A stretch of DNA of 20,000 bases from an uncultured virus (IMG/VR IMGVR_UViG_3300034200_001934). Its lineage: Duplodnaviria; Heunggongvirae; Uroviricota; Caudoviricetes. Shown in pieces: positions 10,139 through 17,379 of this stretch. The stretch lies in the IMG/VR virus record IMGVR_UViG_3300034200_001934; one strand, written 5' to 3'. The translations under genes and the position numbers were made by a program. Below the pieces are notes generated by a model that was not told the origin of the DNA, did not search any database, and saw nothing but the letters and a program-made list of their open reading frames with translations. The first letter of the stretch is position 1. Each line of letters starts with the position of its first letter.

Positions 10139-10735
10139 ATGAATAGCAACTATCATGAGTTCACTGGAATGTATAATAATGTTTTTGTGGATGGTTATTG
10201 CTCCCATATGATATCTGAATTTGAAAGATTTCGTGCTGGTGGTTATTGTGGAAATCGTCAAGATAGCGAGGGAGCAAAAAAATCTTCAAAAAATGATGAA
10301 TTTTTATTTTTAAATCTAAAGAACCATCATCCATCCGCATTTAATGGAAGATGTTGTTTAAATATATTTTTTGAAGGATTGCAAGAGTGCTTCGATGATT
10401 ATATCTCAGAATATGACACTCTAAGTGGAATGAATATAAAGTGCTCATCAGTAAAGTTACAAAAAACTGTTCCTGGTGCTGGTTATCATGTATGGCACGG
10501 TGAGCAGGGTGATGGTGATGCCGCAAATAGAGTTTTAACATATATTTTATACTTAAATACACTGGATGATGATGCTGCAGGAGAAACAGAATTTTTGTAT
10601 CAAAAGATAAGGGTTCCCCCACAAGAAAATACGATGCTTATCTGGCCTGCATCTTTTACCCATTCACATAGGGGCAATGTAGTTCACGGTGATAAAGCAA
10701 AATATATAATAACAGGTTGGTTTTACTTCGATTAA
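10139..10735 (+). CDS. 2OG-Fe(II) oxygenase (prolyl 4-hydroxylase-like)
   Basis: GYHVWHGE (HxE), RVLTYILYLN, GETEF, WPASFTHSHRG (distal His) and KYIITGW give the double-stranded beta-helix oxygenase signature common in cyanophages. Confidence 0.92.
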   Translation: MNSNYHEFTGMYNNVFVDGYCSHMISEFERFRAGGYCGNRQDSEGAKKSSKNDEFLFLNLKNHHPSAFNGRCCLNIFFEGLQECFDDYISEYDTLSGMNIKCSSVKLQKTVPGAGYHVWHGEQGDGDAANRVLTYILYLNTLDDDAAGETEFLYQKIRVPPQENTMLIWPASFTHSHRGNVVHGDKAKYIITGWFYFD

Positions 10736-10741
10736 AAGAAA

Positions 10742-12415
10742 ATGTCATTTGGAATTAATAGAAGAACAGCAAAAGCAACGATGGTTCCTCCGGGTTCCGT
10801 TACTTTTTTTGCTCCTGCAACTTGGACAGCACCATCATATAAACTTAGAGTGGTTAACCTTGAAGGAATAGGTGGAACAGGGAAACCAGGAAATCCAGGG
10901 ACAGCAGGAGTTGGAGGGGCAGCAGGGAATAGGGGATCTGATGGAGTAAATGGACCTGCAGGAGAAGCAGGAAATGCAGGAAATGATGGAGTTGGTGGTC
11001 CTGGGGGAAATGCAGGAAATGCAGGAACTGCAGGACTAGGAGGTGCAGGGGGACAAGGATTTGCAAACTCAGGATCACCGGGAACTGGTGGTGGTGGAGG
11101 TGGAGGTGGAGGTGGTAAGCATCCTCCGGACAGACCCGGTCAGGCAGGAGATGGTGGAAGAGGTGGATCTGGTGGAGGAGGTGGGGGAGGTTCAGGGGGT
11201 CAGAAAGGACAATCCAGTTTTCCACAAAGAGATGGTAGTCCTGGATCTCCAGGATCGACTGGTAGTGTGGGTAGTGCAGTGGCCAATCCAGGAAGTCCAG
11301 GGCAATCGGGGTCCAATGGTTCTGGAGCAGGTGCGGGAAGTCCAGGAAGTGCTGGTAGCCGAGGAAACTTAAATCCCGGAAGTAATGTTGTTGCTGCATC
11401 TTCAGGAACTCCGGGAAATAAAAATCCAGGTAACTTTACAACTGGAGGAAGTTTTGGAACTGCTGGCAATCCAGGAACTACAGGAGCAGTTGGAGATACC
11501 GGTAGTGGATTTGGGAGAAATTTTCCAGGTGGTGCTGGTGGACCAGCAGGTACAGGAAATCCAGGACAAGACGGACAAGGTGGTGCTGCTGGTTCAGCAG
11601 GTACTCCAGGAAATCCAGGCAATTTTGGGTTTGGTGGTGATGCGGGGAATATAGGTTCACCGGGAAATAATGGAAATGGAAACCCAGGACAAGCAGGATT
11701 CAGAGCTAACTGGACAGCTGGAAATGGAGGACCAGCAGGAAATGGTGGAGGTGGTGGTAATAGAGGAAATGCAAAAATTGATGGCAGAACAAATTCCGAT
11801 GGTGGATTTGGTGGATCGGTTGGAGGTAATCCGGGAACAGGAAAACCTGGTGGAGTAAAAGCAGGTGGAGCTGGTGGAAACGGTGGAGCTGGTGGAGCTG
11901 GTGGAGCTGGTGGAACGCAAGGTGGTACAAAAGCTGGTGGATCTGGTGGAAATGCCTCAGGACAAGGAGGTGGAGGTGGAGGTGGAGGTGGATGCACTGG
12001 TGATTCAGTACCCACTTCTGCTCCAAACTATGACCCTGCCTGCGGAGGAGCAGGTGGTGGAGGGGGTGGAGCAGGTGGTGGAGGAAGTCCAGGCTCTGGT
12101 GGAAATGGGGGGAGAGGTGCAGATGGAAATCGCAATTTTGGAACTGTAGGTGCTCAAGGAAATAGAAATCCCAACAGTTTTGCAAATACAAAATTTCCCC
12201 TATCAACTCGTCAAGGAACTAGAACAAACACAATAAATCCTGGTATGTACGGGTCACCTGGAACTGCCGGATCACCAGGAACATCTAGCATTGGTAATCC
12301 AGGAAATTTATCAAACACAACTGTTTATAATGATGTTGCAATAAATCCATTAACAACATATTCACTAACTGTTCCTGCTGGTGGATATATAACTATAAGG
12401 TGGTATGCCCAATAA
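10742..12415 (+). CDS. Glycine-rich Gly-X-Y / polyglycine protein, putative fibre adhesin (557 aa)
   Basis: Long interrupted G-X-Y runs and poly-Gly tracts between short non-repetitive ends (VTFFAPATWTAP...VVNLEGIGG and VAINPLTTYSLTVPAGGYITIRW). Confidence 0.8.
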   Translation: MSFGINRRTAKATMVPPGSVTFFAPATWTAPSYKLRVVNLEGIGGTGKPGNPGTAGVGGAAGNRGSDGVNGPAGEAGNAGNDGVGGPGGNAGNAGTAGLGGAGGQGFANSGSPGTGGGGGGGGGGKHPPDRPGQAGDGGRGGSGGGGGGGSGGQKGQSSFPQRDGSPGSPGSTGSVGSAVANPGSPGQSGSNGSGAGAGSPGSAGSRGNLNPGSNVVAASSGTPGNKNPGNFTTGGSFGTAGNPGTTGAVGDTGSGFGRNFPGGAGGPAGTGNPGQDGQGGAAGSAGTPGNPGNFGFGGDAGNIGSPGNNGNGNPGQAGFRANWTAGNGGPAGNGGGGGNRGNAKIDGRTNSDGGFGGSVGGNPGTGKPGGVKAGGAGGNGGAGGAGGAGGTQGGTKAGGSGGNASGQGGGGGGGGGCTGDSVPTSAPNYDPACGGAGGGGGGAGGGGSPGSGGNGGRGADGNRNFGTVGAQGNRNPNSFANTKFPLSTRQGTRTNTINPGMYGSPGTAGSPGTSSIGNPGNLSNTTVYNDVAINPLTTYSLTVPAGGYITIRWYAQ

Positions 12416-12434
12416 TAATTTTTTGGAGGAAATT

Positions 12435-12920
12435 ATGGTAGCAAAAAAGCAATCTGAAAGTAAAACAAGAAAAAAAATTAATGAGCTTTATGAGCAATCT
12501 GAGTTGGCAAATTTAGAATCCAATAAAAATAGAGCTCGTTCCTTCACTGTGGGAACTGCATTTGGTGGAATTATAGAAGTTTCAATGAGAGGTGATTTTA
12601 GTAGTCTATGGTGCCTATTACAACCAGTAGAAGCAGTTGAATTTATAGAGCAATTAGCTGCTGCTGCTGGGCTTCAAGTAGCAATTAGACCAAAGCAAGA
12701 TTTTGCTAGTTGGAGGGGGTGGAATATTGACACTGAAAATAGATATTGGGTTGGTTCAGCTCGTTGGCAAATAGATGAATCGGATTCCGAAAGAAAAGTA
12801 TTGGAATCTGGTAAAGAAGATGATCAAAATGATTTAGAAAAAAAAGTATCTAAAAGAAGAAAAAAAAGTAAAGTAGAAGTCATTGTTGATGATGAAAAGA
12901 AAGAAAATATTAATGATTAA
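12435..12920 (+). CDS. Hypothetical protein
   Basis: ORF 12405..12920. The ATG at 12435 is preferred because GGAGGA lies at 12425-12430. It has a globular core (RARSFTVGTAFGGIIEVSMRG...LQPVEAVEFIEQLAAAAG...RPKQDFASWRGW) and a charged tail. Confidence 0.8.
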   Translation: MVAKKQSESKTRKKINELYEQSELANLESNKNRARSFTVGTAFGGIIEVSMRGDFSSLWCLLQPVEAVEFIEQLAAAAGLQVAIRPKQDFASWRGWNIDTENRYWVGSARWQIDESDSERKVLESGKEDDQNDLEKKVSKRRKKSKVEVIVDDEKKENIND

Positions 12921-12937
12921 TTTAAAAGTAAAATGAT

Positions 12938-13525
12938 ATGGATGATTTATATTTTGAAATAAACCCCAATGAATCAAAGATATTAGGTCCACCAATTAAT
13001 TTAGATATAAATTGGAATAATATATCAGGAATAGTTTTTTTAAATAAAGAAGAACTTTACGATTTATCTTGGGCAGGTTACTCGAATATTGGATTTATTA
13101 AAATTTGTAGTGATAATAAAAATACCATAAAAAGTTTATATTATGATAGTAATATATTGAATTTAGTAAAGTCAAAATGGAAAAGCAAAGTTTCAGAAAA
13201 TAGGAAACAAATTGAATTAATTCCACTAGAAATTAATAATTCATTTTCTATTCAATTAACTGAAAGGTGTAAATCAAGTATCATAATGAAATACCATGAG
13301 TGTTTAGGGAATGAAAATTTAAAATTTAATTGGAAAACATTAAGTGGATTTTTTGAATTTGATTCTAAAATGTTTTTAAACCTATATGCTAAAATACAAA
13401 ATTATATTCAAAATTTATTTGAATTGGAATATAAAATTCATAAAAAAATTGAAGAATGTGAAAACATTTCAAATCTAATGGATTTGGATTTAGAGATACT
13501 TTACGATAATAAAATTTTACTATGA
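12938..13525 (+). CDS. Putative tail-fibre assembly protein (DUF4376-like C-terminal half)
   Basis: Pattern R..IE...LEI....IQLTER.....FNWKTLSGFFEFD......LY..IQNYIQNLF..E...I.....I..L resembles DUF4376/fibre-chaperone domains found next to fibre genes. Confidence 0.55.
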   Translation: MDDLYFEINPNESKILGPPINLDINWNNISGIVFLNKEELYDLSWAGYSNIGFIKICSDNKNTIKSLYYDSNILNLVKSKWKSKVSENRKQIELIPLEINNSFSIQLTERCKSSIIMKYHECLGNENLKFNWKTLSGFFEFDSKMFLNLYAKIQNYIQNLFELEYKIHKKIEECENISNLMDLDLEILYDNKILL

Positions 13526-14193
13526 TATCAAAATATTTAAAATCTAAAAATTTAATATCTCAAATTAAACCATCAATTGATGAAACTGAGTTGAATCTAG
13601 ATTCTGATGAAATATATTATTATTTAAATACATTTGACTGCACTTCAACTTATTATTTTTATAGGAATTTGTTTAGTGATTATGATTTAGAAAGAATATT
13701 AGCTATTGGTAATAAACTTCCAAAGAAACCCGGAGAATTGAATTCTAAAAAAAAATTAGACGAATCAATTAGAGAATCAATAATATCTTGGATTCCAGTT
13801 AATTCTCAAACAACTTGGATATATCAAAACATTGTTGATTGCATTCACACTGTTAATGATTCGTATTTTAATTATGACCTGACAAAAATGGAAAAATTAC
13901 AATTTACTCGATATTATGGAAATAACCATGGAGTATATCGTCCACATGTAGATTCAAATTTTGGTCACATTCCAGAAAATAGAAAACTAACTTTTGTTAT
14001 GCAGTTGTCCGATCCATCAGAATATGAAGGGGGTGAATTGAGATTACATCTTGGAAAAGATCCAGATATTATACCAAAAGAAAAGGGATTAACAGTATTT
14101 TTCCCATCCTCAACTTTACATGAATGTACACCAGTTACATCTGGAAGAAGAACTAGTTTAGTTGGATGGGTTTGTGGACCTAAATTTAGATAA
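13522..14193 (+). CDS. 2OG-Fe(II) oxygenase (PKHD/P4H-type hydroxylase)
   Basis: LQFTRY, YRPHVD (HxD), RKLTFVMQLSDPSEYEGGEL, FFPSSTLHECTPVTSGRRTSLVGW: complete HxD...H triad and RxS 2OG-binding motif. Confidence 0.93.
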   Translation: MISKYLKSKNLISQIKPSIDETELNLDSDEIYYYLNTFDCTSTYYFYRNLFSDYDLERILAIGNKLPKKPGELNSKKKLDESIRESIISWIPVNSQTTWIYQNIVDCIHTVNDSYFNYDLTKMEKLQFTRYYGNNHGVYRPHVDSNFGHIPENRKLTFVMQLSDPSEYEGGELRLHLGKDPDIIPKEKGLTVFFPSSTLHECTPVTSGRRTSLVGWVCGPKFR

Positions 14194-14198
14194 TTATT

Positions 14199-14774
14199 AT
14201 GAAATATAAAGAAGAAAATATAGAAATAGTTAAAAATTTTATAGAGAATGACTTTATTGAATTTATTCAAGATTATTTTTCTATAAAAATAAATTCAAAT
14301 CAATTTGATGTTGATTCTGAACATTTTAAGCATGGATACAGTTTTTATGGAGATGCTTTAATTGAAACTATTTTACAAAATTCTTGTGAATTTATATCAG
14401 ACCTAATAAACATAAAAGTTGTTCCTACTTTTTCTACTACAACTATGTTTATGAAAGATGATATTTATATAAACATTTTAAATGATTCATCTGAAATATC
14501 TGCAATTTTATTTTTGGGGTCTTCTAGTAATCAAAAAATTGATAATGAACTAACACTAACATTAAAAAATAAAAAAAATATAAATTTAAATACTGGAGAT
14601 TTGTTAGTTTATAATCCTAAAAAAATAGAATTTGAAAAAAATATTATATTTAAAGATTGGGTTTTACAAGCAACTTTTAATTTTGTAGATAATGAGGGAA
14701 ATTATAAAAATAATATTTACGATAATAGACCATATTTAGGATTTCCAATTGTACCTAAAAAACAAGAGACATAA
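14199..14774 (+). CDS. Degenerate 2OG-Fe(II) oxygenase-like protein (metal ligands apparently lost)
   Basis: YSFYGDALIETIL, VVPTFS, SEISAILFLG, LNTGDLLVY and LQATFNFVD...YDNRPYLG follow a phage oxygenase family, but there is no HxD and no distal His. The only His residues are in EHFKHG near the N-terminus. Confidence 0.65.
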   Translation: MKYKEENIEIVKNFIENDFIEFIQDYFSIKINSNQFDVDSEHFKHGYSFYGDALIETILQNSCEFISDLINIKVVPTFSTTTMFMKDDIYINILNDSSEISAILFLGSSSNQKIDNELTLTLKNKKNINLNTGDLLVYNPKKIEFEKNIIFKDWVLQATFNFVDNEGNYKNNIYDNRPYLGFPIVPKKQET

Positions 14775-14777
14775 ATA
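14770..14777 (+). promoter_or_regulatory. Putative T4-type late promoter (CATAAATA)
   Basis: One mismatch to TATAAATA. It overlaps the upstream stop codon and sits 30 nt before the ATG at 14808. Confidence 0.55.
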
Positions 14778-14807
14778 AATTCGAATATTCATTATTACTT
14801 TAAAGTT

Positions 14808-14984
14808 ATGCAAAGCAAAGAAATGATTGAACAACTTACTCAAAGAGGCACTGCCATTAGAGAAGAGTTGGTTAAGATGGAACAAGAATTCAATCAAAAG
14901 AAAGAAGAATTCCTTAAAATTCAAGGAGCACTAGAAGCTCTTTATGAATTAGATACAGAATCATCTTCAACCTCAGCAGAGTGA
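14808..14984 (+). CDS. Small coiled-coil protein (58 aa, absent from the ORF track)
   Basis: Manual translation gives MQSKEMIEQLTQRGTAIREELVKMEQEFNQKKEEFLKIQGALEALYELDTESSSTSAE*, with heptad periodicity, downstream of a late-promoter-like site. Confidence 0.75.
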   Translation: MQSKEMIEQLTQRGTAIREELVKMEQEFNQKKEEFLKIQGALEALYELDTESSSTSAE

Positions 14985-15016
14985 GTTTACCAAAAAAATA
15001 CTAGTTAAGTCAATAC

Positions 15017-15045
15017 TTGACAATCTCAAGACTCAGTGTTATTCT
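15017..15045 (+). promoter_or_regulatory. Sigma70-type promoter
   Basis: TTGACA (15017-15022), 17-nt spacer, TATTCT (15040-15045), with extended TG at 15037-15038. Confidence 0.75.
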
Positions 15046-15050
15046 GTTTA

Positions 15051-15150
15051 AGTCTTGAGGTTTTCTTTGTATCTTCGAGAAACCAAGACCCGTCTTTAGT
15101 GGTGGACGGTTTATGCAGTGTCTAAGGGGGAGTGGTGACCCCCTTTTTTT
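15051..15150 (+). ncRNA. Candidate ~100-nt structured small RNA or leader
   Basis: Lies between the sigma70 promoter and a terminator. It can fold into three hairpins, two of which carry AGUGGUG in or next to the loop. No family recognised. Confidence 0.4.
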
Positions 15151-15160
15151 CTGCTATGAT
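15103..15160 (+). promoter_or_regulatory. Early-type promoter: imperfect palindrome plus extended -10
   Basis: TGGACG-N10-TGTCTA, 30 nt, then TATGAT (15155-15160) preceded by TGc. Same geometry as the promoter at 1670. Confidence 0.65.
15124..15150 (+). terminator. Rho-independent terminator-like hairpin
   Basis: AAGGGGG-AGTGGTGA-CCCCC followed by T7. Confidence 0.65.
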
Positions 15161-15184
15161 GAACGGAGTTCAAAAGCACACCAG

Positions 15185-17374
15185 ATGTCCGTCAACCTAG
15201 AAGTTAAAGGTTCTCTTGCCAAATGTCTGGCAACTGAGAATCTCATTATCGAACACAAGAAAGTTCCGACTGCTATGTTTGATGTAGACCGTCGTGTGCT
15301 GACTCTCCCTACTTGGGATAAAGCATCTGCGACTGTCTATGACCTTCTGGTGGGTCACGAAGTTGGACACGCACTGTTCACAGATAATATTGATTGGACT
15401 GTAGAGTATTCTGAAGTTCCTAAAGACTTCGTGAATGTTCTTGAGGATGTTCGTGTAGAACGTCTGATGAAGAAAAAGTATCCTGGTCTGTCTCGGACTT
15501 TCTACAATGGTTATAATGAACTGAATTCTGATGACTTCTTTTCAACTAAGGAAGAGAACCTGGATGAACTGACTTTCATTGACCGAATCAATCTGTACTA
15601 CAAGATTGGTGCATTTCATAACATTGCTTTCTCTGATGAAGAGAATGAGTTTCTGACTCGTGCAATTCAGACCGAAACGTTTGATGAAGTGCTGCAACTT
15701 GCTCGGGAGATTGTTGACTTTGTTCAATACAAACGTCAAAAGGTAGACAATATGCCCACTCAAGGTGGTGGGGAAGAAATGTCTGGTCCTGGTGGTGAAG
15801 AAGTAGAAGGTCCAGAGAACTCTTCTTCTCAGGATGGAGAGAATCAAGATGGACAGAACCAAAGTAATCTTCAGCAAGATTCGCAGGGTCAGTCTCAATC
15901 TGAAGGTGAATCCTTCGGTGATGACCTGAATAAGTCTATGGAAGCACCGAATGGTGGTGGTTTCGGTCAGGAAGCAAGCAATAAGCACGAGAAAACTAAT
16001 CGTGATGAGATGACTTCCAAGACTTCTCGTTCCTTTGATGAAAAGTCTCAAGACCTTGTGGATAAGTTTGCACAAGAAATTAACTATGTGGAACTTCCTA
16101 AGATGAATCTTGAGACAATGGTAATTCCTAACGACTTTATTCATCGTAAAGCAAAGGAATACTATGAGCAGAAGGGAACCTATGTTGCAGAAACCTTCAA
16201 GGTTGCTTGTCAGGAATACAATACCTACAAGAAATCTGCAGAGAAAGAAGTTTCTTATCTGGTAAAAGAGTTTGAGTGCAAGAAGTCTGCAGACCAATAT
16301 GCTCGTTCTAGCACTGCTCGCACGGGTGTTCTGGATACTTCTAAACTCCACACCTATAAGTTCAACGAAGACCTGTTCAAGAAGATTTCTGTGGTCCCTG
16401 ATGGTAAGAATCACGGCCTCATCTTCATTCTTGACTGGTCTGGTTCAATGAGTGAGTTTATTCTGGATGCTTACAAGCAACTGCTGAATCTCATTTGGTT
16501 CTGCCGTAAGGTGAACATTCCCTTTGAAGTGTATGCTTTCACTCTGGATGCACATTCTTATATGGAACTGCAACCACATCATCCTCCTGTGTATGACCGA
16601 GTTCCTGGTGTTCTTGCACCTGAAAACTCTTTCCGTCTGATGAACTTCTTTACTAGCAAAACCAACAATCGTGTTCTTGAAGAACAACTCAAGAATATCT
16701 GGTGTGCTTGCTGGTCTTATCAGAAACGCAGTGGTGCTGTTCCTCCTCACCTGGACCTTTCTGGTTCTCCTATTGGTGAAAGTCTGATGGCACTTCATTC
16801 TCTGATTCCTGATTTTCAGGCAAAGAATAAACTGCAGAAGGTGAATGTTATCTTCCTGACTGATGGTGAGGGATACCAGAATTCTGTGACGGTTGAACGT
16901 AAGGGTCGTTATCCCGATTCTCCTTCCTACGTTGGGAATACAAAGTATCCTCGTACTGCTATTCGTGATAGGAAGACTGGTCGTGTGTATCCTGCTCTGG
17001 ATTATGACAACTTCCCTCGTTATGCTAAAGTTCTTCTGCAGACTGTAAAAGATAGGTTTCCGACCGTGAATCTTATCAACTTCCGCATCACTCCTGGACG
17101 TGATTTCGCAATGTGTCATCGTTGGTATGGAACTGGTGTAGAGAACTATGAAAAAGTCAAGGGAGAGTTTCGCAAGCAAGGTTGTGTTCAATTCCAAGAC
17201 ACTGGATTTGACCAATTCAATGTGATTGCTGCATCTTCTCTAGCACAAGATGAGGAGTTCTCTGTTCCCGAGAATGCAACAAAGTCTCAGATTAAATCTG
17301 CGTTTACAAAAGTCTTGAGTAAGAAGAAAACTAATAAGAAACTTCTTAGCAACTTTATTTCTATGGTCGCATAA
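15185..17374 (+). CDS. HEXXH metallopeptidase-like / vWA (CobT-like) protein, probable partner of the AAA+ ATPase
   Basis: HEVGH and NVLEDVRVE in the N-terminus, an acidic Q/E/G/S linker, MIDAS motif DWSGS and FLTDGE. The start is set at MSVNLE (15185), downstream of the promoter. Confidence 0.88.
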   Translation: MSVNLEVKGSLAKCLATENLIIEHKKVPTAMFDVDRRVLTLPTWDKASATVYDLLVGHEVGHALFTDNIDWTVEYSEVPKDFVNVLEDVRVERLMKKKYPGLSRTFYNGYNELNSDDFFSTKEENLDELTFIDRINLYYKIGAFHNIAFSDEENEFLTRAIQTETFDEVLQLAREIVDFVQYKRQKVDNMPTQGGGEEMSGPGGEEVEGPENSSSQDGENQDGQNQSNLQQDSQGQSQSEGESFGDDLNKSMEAPNGGGFGQEASNKHEKTNRDEMTSKTSRSFDEKSQDLVDKFAQEINYVELPKMNLETMVIPNDFIHRKAKEYYEQKGTYVAETFKVACQEYNTYKKSAEKEVSYLVKEFECKKSADQYARSSTARTGVLDTSKLHTYKFNEDLFKKISVVPDGKNHGLIFILDWSGSMSEFILDAYKQLLNLIWFCRKVNIPFEVYAFTLDAHSYMELQPHHPPVYDRVPGVLAPENSFRLMNFFTSKTNNRVLEEQLKNIWCACWSYQKRSGAVPPHLDLSGSPIGESLMALHSLIPDFQAKNKLQKVNVIFLTDGEGYQNSVTVERKGRYPDSPSYVGNTKYPRTAIRDRKTGRVYPALDYDNFPRYAKVLLQTVKDRFPTVNLINFRITPGRDFAMCHRWYGTGVENYEKVKGEFRKQGCVQFQDTGFDQFNVIAASSLAQDEEFSVPENATKSQIKSAFTKVLSKKKTNKKLLSNFISMVA

Positions 17375-17379
17375 TTTCT

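Noticed and set aside
11882..11914. Tandem GGTGGAGCT x3 and GGT/GGA runs as a phase-variation or CRISPR-like repeat
   Set aside because: These are in-frame Gly-Gly-Ala or Gly codons with no spacers. Slippage would only change protein length.
11200..12015. Minus-strand Pro-rich 271-aa ORF and other alternative-frame ORFs across 10854-12206
   Set aside because: These are shadows of the GGN-rich coding strand (GGA/GGT read as Pro/Ser/Thr/His in reverse). There is no independent signal.
15113..15184. N-terminal extension of the peptidase ORF (MQCLRG...)
   Set aside because: It runs through the promoter and terminator elements. ATG 15185 is the plausible start. The same reasoning applies to the listed starts at 1730 and 1855.
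15542..17215. Two long antisense ORFs (290 and 256 aa), and similar ones over cobS (18928-19907)
   Set aside because: They overlap well-supported genes and show no recognisable motifs. Those in codon register are explained by the sense genes avoiding TTA/CTA/TCA codons.
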